Shown here: positions 34,601 through 49,400 of the stretch, piece after piece
Position numbering within the stretch: the first letter of the stretch is position 1
Layout of the letters: each line of letters begins with the position of its first letter
From: Azolla caroliniana
Taxonomy: Eukaryota; Plantae; Polypodiophyta
DNA: 64,000 nt
NCBI GenBank assembly: GCA_043228905.1
Contig: JBHGNT010000002.1
Location: 22,754,001 to 22,818,000, forward strand
Direction: 5' to 3'
Notes under the pieces: generated by a model
The model's database searches: none
Seen by the model: only the letters and a program-made list of their open reading frames with translations
Told to the model about the DNA's origin: nothing
Position numbers and translations under genes: made by a program

Positions 34601-37600
34601 ACAGCTATACACATTAACTTTTTCTCAAGTGAATTGGTATTTAGTATGCCTTCTTATATTCTTACCATAGACTTCCATAATGGTGTACACACGCTTGGTC
34701 TGCTGCCAAGTCAATAGGCTTACTCTAGATAGTGAATTGTCTTTTCTTAGGCAGAAGGGATTGTGCTTTCACCTCTCTTGGGGTTCCTACATGTCAGAAC
34801 ATCTGATCTTTGCCATTTTGACAAGCCATTATAAACAACTATAGCTGTTCCTCTCTAGTAGGGCTTGAACTGTCAATGTCACGACAAGCTTTACCACTAT
34901 TTTATTACAGAATTTGTCCACACAATGGCAGTTGTTTATAGGCCCCAAAAGATGTCTACGTAACCCAAGCAGTTGAAAGGTTATGAGGCAAATGTCAACA
35001 TGATGGTTGCTCTTGACTGTTGACACTCTACTCTATGGTTCAACATGACAAGGGACTAAATAATTATGCAGGGTTTTTATTTTTCATGTAGGTTGAAGAT
35101 GTGGAGGACCTGGTAGAATACCATGGATTCTCTCTGAAAATTTATGAAGAGCCATACATGGTGAAGGAAGGACCGTATCTCAAGAAAGGTCAAGATTTTA
35201 AAACTCGCCGCTCAAGAATGGTAGAAGAGAAAAGATCTGAAAAAGTGATAGATGATGTCTTGTTTTCTGGAGGACAAAAGGCTTTTGTTGAACCAACTTT
35301 CGAGAAAATCTCTTCGTTTGGAAGACAATCAGATTTGCAAAGCCCCTCAATGAGGAGACAGCCAGATTTTCAAAGCTCTCCACTAAAGAAACAATCGGAC
35401 TTGAATCGCGTGGCACTTGTTTTAGCCGATGAAGAAATGCCTGACTATGAAGAGGAAGAGCTTGTAGAAGAAACGGTCAAGAACCATCAGGAGAAGTCTG
35501 ATGTGCCTTTATCTTACAAGCCGACACAAATGCCTTTTGCTGCCACTACTGCTCCAATTACCATAAATGTGGTGACTGGAGAGCATTTGTTTGCAAATCC
35601 TATGGTTAGTGCATTACAAAGAGACGAAGAAAATGAGCTATTTTCTATAGGCAAGCGAAGGAAAAGTTTTTCTCCTCGTTCAGAACAGCAGGTTCACTTG
35701 GATCACAAGCCAGATAACAACATGATATTTTTGTCAAGGGAGAAAAGGATCAGAAAGTTTGAAGATGATATTTCGATGGTGTTAGTTCCAAAAGCTGGGG
35801 ATTTGATAAAAACCAAGTCGCCTGTTGCTAAAAGAGATTACCATCAAGAAGAAAAGGAAAGACAGGCAGCTTTGCGAGCTGAAGCAGAGCACCATAGAGC
35901 CCTTTCTATTATCAGGTGAGATTTTTACTTCTTTGATATGTTGTTAGCATGTGGACTGGTAAATCAATGATTTCAATTTCAGGAAATGGAAAGCAAAGGC
36001 AGCATGGAGGGCAGAAGAGAGGGTTTGGCGAGAGACAAAGCTTGAGGAGGCACTTCATACTTTCCATCTTGGCCTTCCAGTGAGGGATAAGCGGAAGGTT
36101 GCTAGAATTTAGTTCCACGTTTGATTTATGTTACACTTACGTTTAATACCAGTTTTGAATGTCATTTTGTGTGGTTCTTAATTTCAATGCAGGTTAATAT
36201 CCATACTAAGGATTCTCTCCTGGCAACTCTTGAAGTTGATTTTGATATAACAGAAATAGAAAAGCAAAGACTTACTAAGATCCAGAGAATGTGGGAAGGA
36301 TTAGATGTCATCGAATTGGTCAATTCTACTTTGAGAGACAAAAGTCCTGCTAGCAAATTTGTATGCTGGAAGCTTCTTGTGTGTTCTCGTGTACATGACA
36401 TAGAAATGGGAGTTGAGGGAGGACGTAACAAAGCTGGTGAATGGCTGCTTGCAAAGCTTCTACATCAAATGCCATCTAATAAGAAAAAGTATGATATATT
36501 GTCTTCAAGACCAGTTTTAAACCAGAGAAGTGTTGTTATGTCCAATGAAGACAAAGGGGATGGTGAAATTCCCTGTTTCTACATCGCAAGAGATCTTCAC
36601 TTTAAGAATGGTCAAGTAGAGGCCATGGAAACTAGTCAAGGGGCAAATGGCCTCTTGTTTCTTCTTTCAGAAAGTGCATCATTAACTGAGGAACGAGGGC
36701 GTCTTCATGGCTTAGTGAACATGCTTCGTAGTGGGATTGCTCTTCCCCTCCTTGTCATATACTCGGAATTGCAAGAATCTGTCAGAGCTGAGGTATGCAG
36801 TCTTTACCATAACCTTGATGAAGCAGACACAATTGCCATGTTTTTGGATATGAATAATTTGGACAAAACCAAGATAGCATGTTGGACTGTATCATGTGCC
36901 CTGGAAAAGAATCCTGGAAATGCTGCTTCAAGGGATTTTTATAGTGAGGAAATATTAAAGGAAGGAATATTGTGGCTTGCATCAAAGGCACCTTCTCAAC
37001 CATATTTGAGGTCTGTGTCTCTCCATGACCTTGTGATGGAGCATGTACAGCTTTCTGTCAAGAGGCTCTTGGCAATGGAACCATCACGAGTGACCCCTGA
37101 AATGTGTGTACGAAGCTTTAATGAGGATTTGCTTAAGACAGCCCGTGAAATCGTTAGTGCAGCTTCTTGCAGTTATCCATATTCACCACCAACTGAACTC
37201 ATAGATATATTTAGGGAGAAGATCTTAGGAAATGTAGAATCACTGCTACCAAGTTCAGGTTGGAATGAAGCCGCCAACCTTGACTCTATTCTAGAGGTCC
37301 TTTACATGTGTCAACTTCCTCAGTTTCCAACTATTGATTGCGGTCAGAGGTTTAATGGAAGCATGGCAAGCTTGACGAGGCAGAAAGTTGAGCTTGAACA
37401 GATGCTAAAAGATTATGTAGATACTGGCGATTACTTAAGATTGCACGCATTTAGTGCAACAATACAAAATGCATGCATATTCAAGCAGACAGCAAACAGA
37501 GGGCATGTGCTTATACCAAATTGGGCCCTGATTTTCCAGAAGCTTTATCAGACAAGGTTGACACTTCTCAACAGTGAAGTTGTGTGGGTTCAAAGACCAC

Positions 37601-38274
37601 CATTGGATGCTTCTGAAATCCAATATCTGTCGATCATTCCTGATCTTACCAAGTATACTAGTGGTCCTACACTGGATGAAATGATAGAGATGGAAATCCA
37701 AGAAGTAGAAGCCTTCAAAAAGAGTTCAAATTTATATGATATATTGACTCATCCTATAATTGAGACCAGTACTTCTGGATCATTATCGCTCCATGACGTT
37801 GAAATTAACAGTTTTACATCAGCTGATATCGAAGGGTTGCTGGAACCTTATAGAGTAGCTCGAGGCGATGGTGTAGACTTTACAAGGCTTATTGAAGCTC
37901 GTACTGAAGGGGAGATGAAGCTGGAACGCATGGTAGATGAATTCTGCAGAAATGTGGACAGAGAGAAAGATGAGGTTGCAAGACTAGAACTTGACCCAGC
38001 CGAAAACTGTCCATACAACATAGAACATAATTTTGTTACCGACTTACATCAAGATTCTAAGTTATATGCTCTGCAGCCAGAACTTGTTTTGGATATGCCA
38101 CAAGCAGTAGAAGGATCATCTTTGCATGTGCATGTTGAAAGCTTGTGTGAACCTAGTGTATCTCTATCACCCCATATCATACACAGCATGGATGATTTCA
38201 CAAAATTGCTCAAGCGTTGTGAACTTATCCAAAGTTCAATCGATCGGAAGTTGGACGAGTGTTTTAGGATGTGA
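31685..38274 (+). CDS. SAC3B: SAC3/GANP family protein (TREX-2 scaffold, SAC3B-like), ~1627 aa. Exons 31685-32460, 32559-32821, 32918-33018, 33159-33374, 33493-33720, 33811-33902, 34001-34094, 34178-34270, 35092-35915, 35983-36097, 36193-38274
   Basis: GACPDMCAESERHERERKGDLD, FLWDRMRAIRMDLRMQH, IRFHILAMHELC, YYALLKLDKHPGY. All introns are GT-AG with consistent phases (4884 nt total). Probable 5'-UTR intron 30365-31593. Confidence 0.93.
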
Positions 38275-40467
38275 GACGAAGAGCAATTTGGCATAGCTGT
38301 GCTGATAGAGCTCTTATATTATGTTTTGCGAAGGCATTGGATGCCGAAAAGTTATTATTTGGTCATGCGACAAAATTGGAAGTGTCTCCAATATATGATG
38401 CTTTCTTCAAGTATTAACAACTGGGACAACTGCAGTACAGAAATTTTGTTTGGGAGCTCTTTGCTTAAAATGTGGTGAGTGCTGTCTCTGATCTCTTTTC
38501 TATGGTGAAAGATAATCTCTAAAGAGGGAAATGAAGCAAATATGTGATTGAAGTACAGGTTGATATATGATGGAACATAGATATATATTCATGTACACAG
38601 ATATTGTCAATTGCAAGATAAATGGTGTATTTGTATAATAATCGCATTAACGGTGAGATTGGTTATATCATAGTAACAAAAAGTTGAAAAGCATATTTGA
38701 TTGAATGTGGAATATAGTGGTTGTGGAGAATGATAAAACAAGTATATGGCATTTTCATATGACTATTTTAACTTATGTTCTTTCGAAGAGGGATCCATCT
38801 TTCTGGTAAATGATGATGGTTTAGGTAACAAATTAGTTCTTGGAAAGTGACTTTTTGCCACAATTTTCAAATAGGTCAAATTGTTTATGGATATTATGTT
38901 GTATAAACTTTTGTTTCCACAATTGAAGCGATTGTTTACCTGTGATACTTCAAGAGATGTACAGGTGTGCAACTTACAAGCATGTGGCTATGCAATGTAA
39001 TGATAGGATTTACATGGAAAAACTTCCTGCATGGGTCTATGTGAGAAATGGTGGACCCTCACCTCTATAGTCAATGATAATAGTACAAAGCTATTGCTAA
39101 GATGGGCGTCTTAACTAATGATAAAGTTAGGCATAATTTATGACAATGGAATGAAAATATGGAGATATTGCTATCATAAATTGAGTACTTCATGCTTAGT
39201 AATTATAAGCAAAGTGTAGACACTTGTCTTCCAAAGAAATGTAATGGACGTGTGAAGTTTAATATGCTAGCCATACTACTTGGATATTTTTTTTCTCTTA
39301 CCTCGATCTTCTCATTATTTAGGTTCTAGTTTCATGTAATTAATAACAATGTTATATAAAGAAAACTTGCTCATTTTTTGATATATCCATGGCTTGAGGC
39401 CAGGACCATAACAAGTCCCAAGCAACTTTGGTCCTTATATTTATTACCCTGCATAGTGGGCACCTTGCTTAAGGAGGCATTAGTATTTCCCTCTTTTTGA
39501 TAAAAAACAGTACAATTATGAACATACTGTTCTTCAAATTCAAGTTTCTAATAGCACAATTAGCTGGACGATTAACGTCCAATCATTTGACTAGAATATA
39601 GTCACAGTGCATAAATTGGTGTACATCACTTTTACTCTCACCCAATTGACAGCTAGTTACGTATGCTGCGATTAGAATCTCCTTATAAAGTCGTAAGAAG
39701 GTTCATGGGCAGTGAATAGTTGTTGAAATTCAGATTAACAATATACACAAGTTTTGCTAATACCTACAAAACAAAAAGCTGGTGTACATATAAGGATCTT
39801 TCACGCGCTAACTGGTTTTCAGAGTAAAAAAGAGCATAAAAACGATACAACTAAGTGGGACACACAAACCTACTGGCTTTTAAGGTAAAAAGAGAAGTAA
39901 TTGTAAGAACTGGAAACTCACTAAGAGATTTACAAAACATAGCCAGATGTTAACGTGCAGGGAAGAAATGTGATGCAAAGCAAAATACACAATATTCTTT
40001 TGATTTTTACATTGACTCCTCAAAGATCCACAATGGATAATTTACAAACAATGTATAGTTGCCACACAGTACTCCCTGAAAAGTGACATGGTTTCACCTC
40101 CTGTTGTATGTCTTGCAATAACATGAATCTTAAGAAGTCACATTTTGTATCTTCCTGAGATCCATTAGGTAATATACATACACATTTTTTTGATATTGGC
40201 CGCTTGGTGAGGACCACACTCAACCTTTTTTATATACAGAAATTGTGCAGAGATCGAGTGTAATCATCAGCATCTCTTGAAAAAATGCACTTCATTTTCT
40301 ATCTATACACATTATCCAATGAGTCAAATCTGGTGAATTGAAGTCATTATTTGCCTGCAAAACACAAGCATCAAGTGCAAATGTAAGTGATAAAAAGCAT
40401 GGAACTTGACCTAGGCATGAAGAGGAATGTTGGCATTTTACCCATCTACAATAAAGAATAGAAGGAA

Positions 40468-43400
40468 TCACTTCTGCCCCAAGAGCCATTGTTTGCACAT
40501 GTCTACCACTGAAATCAAACCTGTGCGCTTTGCCTGGAAAGACAGATCATTCCATGTAAGGAGCAAAACATGATGGGCTTATCACAAAATTCAAGAAAAA
40601 AGGTTTTATGAAGTGAAGAGAACGCTCAAGATACAATAAGCAGTCATTCAAAATAATAAACACTGACACACAATACATAGAACAATGACAAATATAATAT
40701 AGAAGGAAAAACTCTGAAATACCCCTGATCAACCTAATTATAAATGTAGTTGAACAATTACAAGGTGCATTGTTTTTTTCTTTCATTTAGGGGTTGACCA
40801 AATTCATTTAAGATAACAATGAAAAGGCAGGGAATTTAGGTACATAAAGAAAAAGGTCAGGTAATTTCAAAGTTTCTGGAGTTAAATAAATCTATTAGAT
40901 CCTAGCCCAGCTTGTGCTTCTACCTCCATTTATTTGAAAGGCAATCAACCAGATTTCTCTTCTTCTCTTTTTCTGAAGAATAAATAGCGCTACCAAAACA
41001 ACAGATTTCAGTAAATTCTAAAGACTGGAACATGAAAAGGGCTTTCCTCCTATATTGTATTATGAAATCTAATAAACGCAAACCCAACAAATCAACTTTC
41101 ATGTGACTTTGAAATATGTAAAATGCCATCTCTGGATAAGTGCATTTACTCTTCTGGGATAAACCATAGTACGATTGTAGTTCCATACAGAACAGAATGA
41201 CATGTGATCTCCATCTTATATTATGTCAGGCATTCCACCAGATGGCACAACTGTTGCAAAACACTATTGCAGCATTCTGTTTATCTATTAACCTGTGTGA
41301 GGAGCTTATGGCTGCGTGAGATCTTCAAATAGATTATCCATAGTAATCTCTTCTCATACAAGCTTTATAATGCAAAGTTCAATTTAGGTCAAGTATTGAA
41401 TAACAGAACTTCTAGATCACAGCATCCATAGAGATTTTAATTAGTAAATGGTATTGCTAAAGATACTGGAATAGGTAAAGCATGCATTCTTCCTCAGAAA
41501 TATTGATCCTGACTTACAGATATGTTAGCACATGAAATGATTGAGATTGCAAACAGACTGCAGTATAGGAGGAGGGTTTAAACCAAACCATATCAGAAAC
41601 ATATTGCACATCGGGAATGCTTCCACTTCGAGATGCTATCTGAAAAGCTGTCTTCAAGCGGCCACATGCAACACAAGATAGAACTTTTCTGTGGCAACAT
41701 TAGACAGTTAGTTTAGAAATGAGCCAAAATACATCCAAAGATGATCCCCTTAATAAAATCTGAATATAATTAACATTCTTAATTATGCATTCCAAATGAA
41801 GAAAAGTGAAGGCTGAACAGTCATTGCGAGATCTAGCATTTACTTATATCAGGAACTGGAATGGAGATTCTGAGAAGTACATTCCCCATCGTCTCTCAAT
41901 CGCTTCCACTATATATAGTGCATTCAAGTAGCAGCACTTCATATCATCACAATTCATGTCATTTCAATGTTCTCATATCCTTCTTCCTCCCACAATCAAT
42001 ATGTTCCACCTTTTTTCATTCAAGTATAGAGTATAAATCCCTATGATTTCTAACACATCTGTTCTCTTGATTTTGTCAAAGAAATAAATGGAATCATCAT
42101 ATTTCTCCACATATATTATACATCTCTGGTCAGCTCCTAATTCCCAAAACTTCAAATTTTGATTCCTATAATTACCTGTGACTGTTTGAAAGCATCTCTA
42201 TAAGACGATCTGGTCGCTCTTTTTGCTTAGCAAACACCATAATTGCAGCCCCAATAACCTGTGAATGCATCAGTAAATGAATTTATTATCAGAAAACAAC
42301 AGATACATCAATATTGTTTAAAACCCATGTGGCAGATAAAATACTTATATCACAGCATCAAAATGTAGGGATGATATCATAGATACAGACCTCATCTAGG
42401 TCATCAGCTATAAAAGGTTTGATGTTCTTAAAAAGTTCTGTGAGTTGGTTGACTTTCTTTCTCTCTGCAAGATTAGCGGCTACAGCAGCATATATTGGGA
42501 CAGCTGAAAATATATAAAATATCAATCATATAGAGAAATAGCGACATCAATATGCAACATTAAAGCAAATTTGGAACATACGAGGAAGCTGAAAGTCAGT
42601 AATAATACGGAAAGCCAAGTCAAAGTTCCTTTCTGCAAGAGCCTCAACCACATCTGATCTTCGTCTGCATATATTAAAGTTTGACTTCTCAAAGTGCAAT
42701 TTTATTTCTACAAAAATGAGAGTGAGTGAAATAAGCTATTCACTATACTTGATTGTATCAGCATCATTAGGGTTTCCGAATAATGAATGCTTCCACGGAG
42801 GTCCCTCTGTATCATTGAAACAATTCACAACTTGCATCTGTGGCATAACAGAATTACATTGGCTTAGTTTAATGATAGGGAGCATCTACATAACATAATT
42901 TAAACGACTCTAATTTGGCTAGCTAAAAGACATGCAACAACTACGCTAGTGTTTTGTCCACCCTCAAGCCGCTGAAAGAAAAATTGTTCGGCCCAATTTT
43001 GTAGCAGCCTGTGATTGTTTGCTGTTTAGCTGTCTATTAAAGTGTCTGGGCTAGTCCCAGACATGTCAGCCACTTTGCTATATACAACCTTCTGTAGTCC
43101 ATCTCCTATCCACAGATTTCTCTTTACTGCAACATCTATATCTTTCCATCACGTTGCTTGTGGTGTAATTAATTCAAATGTCAAATAACCATGTTATGAT
43201 CATATTCATAATTGTATATTATGAATTTGCCAAATCTCCAGCCTTAACTAATTTATATTTGGACTCTGTCCAGTAAAGAATTCGTATGAATGCCCTTCAG
43301 TAATCATCCTAAAGATCACTCGTCTATTTGGCTTTTGCTGTTTTCACTGGATGCATACAGTGTGATTGATCCAATATAATGCTTAAGCACAGAGATACAT

Positions 43401-46400
43401 GGAATTTAAAATATAATCCATAAGCATGCTATAGAAGATTTTTTACTCTACAACCCATGAGACAGCCACTTGCAGATATTCCTAGATGTTAGAAATATCC
43501 GAAATTTTACTCAAAGTTGTAACTTCCTTGAAATAGCTGCCTCATAGCAACCCTTTGATTAGAGCTATAGTGTTTTGAATTGTACCTGTGTTGATACTCT
43601 TACAGAGAACTTTGTTAAATCTTCTTCAGTAAATCTGTCTGATGGACTCTTGCCACGTAGAGCTTTACTGCTGCTTTTTGAGACTTCACCTCCTTGTAGA
43701 CGAGCATTGTATCCTTCATCAAAATGAGTCTGATGAAATTTTCCCAAAAAATTAGATCCACAAACTTGACTGCAATTTAGATACACAGCATGTAAATAGA
43801 GCAACCTTAGCCCGTTCCAAATGACGCAATGCTTGATCTTGGTTGGAAGCATTGATAAATAATTGAATACAGCAAAGAGCAGCGGCAACATGATCCTTCT
43901 TCAAAACCTGTGAAGTTCCTAAGTTATTTACTTTTGAACATAACATAGATAGGTACAATACAAGCATACCCCAGGATATGTAAAAATTTACCTGGAAACG
44001 ATAGAGATGATTGAAATGCTTATGATTTTCACAATAGGTACAAATTCTAGTAAGGGATGCAGCAGTATGCTGAGATATCAGAGGGTCTAGAGAAGCAGAA
44101 CTAAGCTCCCGTGTAGCAATAACACGCTCAAGAACTGGCATTGCTCCATATGCTATACAGAACTCACACAAATCTTCAATGGATCCATAATCAGTTGCCA
44201 AAGGATCTGATCTTTGTGAGGCTGTTGATGATAATTGCACTGGTGTATTGGATGGTACTGATAGAGAAGGTCTAGATTTGGGAGGGAAAAATAGTAGACA
44301 TGCATCTGCATAATGACAATGCTTGAACATGAATGGTAGCAGATCTTGGCGTGCATACTGCAGATGTAAGGAAACAAGGCAAATTTTAGGTCACAGCAGA
44401 CATAATTTATCATCCTTGTGAAAATTTTAAAGTAATCTTGTAATCTTGAGAGAAATGAAAGCCCAATGTAACCAACATGAACATTATAAATTACTGCCAG
44501 TCATTACGGCCAACCAGCAACCCAGAAAAAATGGCAAAAGAAGACAAATCAGAAAAGCATATTTGAAAACAATCACAAAGCCAGCATGCATTCAACAACA
44601 AATTAATCTAGTAATCCTCAAAAGCCCATGTGACCAATGAGACCAAAAGTTGTTCCACAAGAATCTTATAGAATCTCTGGTCAATCAAATAAATAGAGAG
44701 AGAGAGAGAAAGAACACCTCCTGCAAATAAAAGATGCACTCTTCATAGCGGTAACGATCCAAATTACTCCTAACACCCTCTTCTCCACCTTGTGCAGAAA
44801 TGGTTGCAAAGTTATCTAAAGGGTCGTCTGAAGTTGACCTTGATCGCTCTGATTTTATGAACGATGGCATATACAGAACATTCAAGTATGCATCGGTAGA
44901 GAGAGAATCATCTTGCATCGTAGATGCGTTTTTTGCCATATGGTCATATCTATAAGAGAAAATACAAAAAGATAATGAATTAACCTCTCTCACTAGTACC
45001 CATGGTTCGTATATAATTTTGCTTTGGTACAGCCTACAAGATTCATAGTTAAGTTACAATCATAAGACTCCTGACATATTACGAGTGATAAGGATCTGTG
45101 AATGCACTACCAAAGCCATAACAAGAGTAAATTACATTCAAGACTGGCTTACAAAGGAGTCAGTCATATGTGTGAACATCTAATAGCTTGGATTCATCAT
45201 ACCTATTTAAAGGCAGTGAGTTAATAATAAAAAAACCCTTGACTTCAGCCATACTGTTATTGCCATTCATATTTTGATTAATATTAGCTATTTGATTAGT
45301 CTTAATCCATAATAATCTATTATCCCCAAAAGACTCACAGTTTCAACACATTCTCAAACATGGGTCATAATTCAAAGAAATAAAACCCACGAGTGGAAGT
45401 CTGCAGAGAATAGGAAGACAGACTAGAGAATGAAGCGGATTTTAATGCAATCAGGACATGACAGGAAAATTAAAATGAATTAAATTATTTAAAGTGTTTT
45501 AACTAAGGTTAAAATTCTACACAACCACACAATCTTTATATAATCAGGAGACTTTTTGAACAATAGAAGATGAATTATGAGAAATGCATATCCATGCATC
45601 AAAATAAAGAATGTAATAGAACAGTCAGCATGCATCTTAGATATGGTAGTTAAACTGTCAATTTTAATCCATGTTCCATTGAACAAGAGTCCAAACTGAA
45701 TTTGAATCTAGCTGAGTTCAAAGCACTGATGTATTATAACACATTGAAATACAGGTGAAACCTAGAGCTGCCTGCCCATATGCACTGTGGCATCTATGCA
45801 AAGAACATATATTCATAATGACAAATCCTGAAGTAAAAACTGAACATCTTAACATTTATGCACGTTTTACATTCTAGATCATGCACAGCTTATGGATACA
45901 GATCAGATCAGGCCTTCAAACCAAACTGAACACGAAATGTCTTTCACCCCATACTGTGGCTACATCAGGGAGGTAATTATAAAACAGCGGGCTGCTATGC
46001 ACATGCAATATCCACTGAAGTTGCTGGGTACTCACAAAGACCGTGCTGATGCAATATCCACTGGTGGGCATGCTTCCATGGCTGCGACAATCTCCCTTAC
46101 AAGCTGTGCAGGATCACTCTTTAACAGTTTCAAAGCCTGCCTGAAAGTACCAGAATAACCCAGACCCATTAACACTCAGTACAGAACATATATACACATC
46201 AATGGAAGAAACCCGATGACTCACTTTAATTTAACCCTAGCCTGAGCATAATGTTCCATCTGAACAAGTGCAAGGGCCCAAGATCTCCAAACTGGAAATG
46301 CATCTATCTGAGAAAATCCAATAGACCATTACCATACAGTTCTACGATGGGAATCATTAAAACTATGATACAACTTTAAAATTGTCGCCAGTTCAAACAG

Positions 46401-49400
46401 ACAGAAATAATCCCAACCTTGCATTTTGTACAACAATATACAGCCATATTGTATCTTTCATCATTGATCAATCTATCACGAAGTTTCTCTGCACTATCTT
46501 TGTCCAGAACATCGTCAAGAGAAGCCGTCACATTTGAGCTCAGTAAACTCTGCATCACTTCAGCTCGACTCAGCCATTCGACAACTTGAAAAAGAAGCTC
46601 AGAGATATTGTCTGAAATTCCTGAACCAATTCCCACACTGCTCCATTTCATTCCTTCAATTTCAGCTGATACCAGAGGGTTGCTCTCTTTACTTCCTTCT
46701 ATGTTAGTTGTCACTTCCTGATTACCCAAAAGTTTTCTGATCATCACCTTTGCATGTAGCAATGCCTGCAACGTTAAACACCTTGGCAATGATAAACTCC
46801 CTTCCATACATAATAAGCAGAAAACAAGTTTAAATATCATCTCTTATCAAACCTGTACAAATGCCTCTGTGGCATAGAATGCACGTTCAATAATTTCGGA
46901 TGGTGTATCTTTGTGAAGCTGGTGAGTGCTAAGAATCTTTTTCATTTGATCCACACATATTCTCACAGAAATATTGACGGATACCTCTTCTGAAGAGCAT
47001 AAATCAATAAGCGCCTATAAAAAAGAACCATATATTTAGCAACATTCGATACTAACAGAAGACATCAAACAAGTATTTTGCTGAGTGATCACCTTGAACA
47101 ATGGAAAACATGGAGCACCCTCATAACGGTGAGAATTGCGTAATAAATCATCTTTTGCACAATCACCAGTCAATATTACACCTTCTGTTATAGTGAAAGG
47201 GCCAAGCCGTTCTAAGGTATCTTTTACTGAAACATCTGATCTATCATCATTACCACTGGTAATTAATTCCCGTTCAGATGTTCGCTTCTTGCTATATTCC
47301 TTCTGTGTGTTTTTGTGAATCTGTCTGCTGTCCCTTTGTATATTTTGTAGACTATTACCATTCTTCATCCTTCCACCCATATTTTGCCGATTGGAGCTTT
47401 TAATACCCACATTAGAATTGGACACCTTATGCTCATATTTCTTGTACGAACCAATACTAATTGCCTTAGTAGCATAGGTAAGGATAAGATTGTCATCTCT
47501 AAGTGAAGGAAAGGACTGAAGTAGCTGCACATTTTCAAAAACAACGCATTGTACAAAGGTTCTTGCATGCAAATTATCATCATAGCCAGAATTAACCTAA
47601 ATGGTATTTCATATCACATTGAATTAAACTCTTCATTGCTTGCTTATACTATAGAATTTACCAAATCAAGGAATAACATCAGAACTCCAAGTTCCATTCA
47701 TGCCCTTTAATAAATTCCCACCCAATTATAATAAGACGATATCTTGACTTATGATCTATTTAATTATTTTGTGGCATCAATAACAATAATAACATTATCA
47801 TTAAAAAGTGAAATAACAGCAGAGAAACTTCTATATGCAACAAGTTGTCAAAGAAAAGTACCTGTGAAGCAACATGTAATTCTTTCCACATCAGTAAAGT
47901 TTCCAGAATAAGATGTGGATGTTCATGCAGTGCTGAACAACGTTGTTGCCAAGGTAAAGGTAAGGATCCTAAGATACCCAAGCCCATTGACAGCTTATGC
48001 AGCTTAGAAAGTTCAAGATTGGACAAAACACCAATCTGTTTCTTTAGAAAGAAGTGCACCTACAAAAATAATATAGTGTGAGTGGTTAATACTTATCACC
48101 AAAAATTATGTTTACAATTGCAACTGGCACATCATAAAACTCTATTATACCAAGAGTTGTTTTGATTGCAGAGAAGGCAACTGCTTCATGGCATCCATGG
48201 CAACAGGCAAGGCATCTTCCGGAGTATGTAGAGTCATAAGGAATCTCAGAGCCTCTGCGGGACCACCACCATTGATTGGATCTGAGATCAACAATTCCAC
48301 TAATTTCTGCCCTTGTAGTTCTCTGCAATATTCTTCTCTCAGGTGGTAGCTTTCTGCCACTTCTAATGCTGCGGATACTGATCCTTTAGCTGCAAGTCGA
48401 CGAGCTAAATCTTCGGGGTCTCGTTGGCAAAGTCTTTCCACCTTTCATTCAGTCATAACAACCTTAAGGAAAATAATAGAAAGAAAAATTTTGAAAGACA
48501 CTATGTAGAAGTGTCTACCTCTTGCCAGTTTGTGAACTTTACATCAGAACGAAGGATTCGACCATACAATTGCAATGATTTCTTCAACTCAAGAACCTGG
48601 ACAAACAACAGGAACAAAATTTTCCTTATTCAAGAGAAGGGCACTAAGGGCAACAAAATATATTTAGCTGACGTAGCACTTGCAAATAAAACATGCCACA
48701 CATGGTAGAAACAAGATCAATCATACAGAAAAGACATCTGCATGGCAGTGTATGACGTATGAGACTTTAATGATGACTATACATAATTGCAACGTTCCTG
48801 TAAGGAAAGATGTAGTGTATCTTGATAACTTTAGATATTGCTCTGCATACAGACCACAATGTACATGGATATAGATGGGAGTCAGTATGCCATCGTCTAC
48901 CCCCATACCAAGAACATTGTTTAATAGCTTGATTTATAATAATCATAATCCAATGACACGTATAAGGTCTAAACCCTAAACCCTAAACCCTCACTTGTAT
49001 AGAGAGAGATAAATTTTTGGCATTAGCCATCATTTTTGGTCCCCTCTTGACATGTAATACAAGATGTTTTAATGTTCTCAACCATAGCATACATAGCCTT
49101 TGTACATACTCTACCATCTCTTCATTTGTAAATTCACCTTTGATATCTTCCTTCTTACTGTTGAGTTGTCTCCATGCTAATTTTCACAAGAGCTTATACA
49201 AGATTTTCTTTTTCCTTTCTTGCATTTGAAAGTATTTTTTCCTTCTCCTCTATACCTTTCTATATTGGTGCCATGTCATGACCAGTTTGCTTTTTCCTTT
49301 TGAAAACTTGAATAGTTTGAAACTTATCTTGCATTCCTCATCAAACCAAGAATTACACAAGAAACTAGATTTTTTTTCTACCAAGACACATTTGAAAAGT

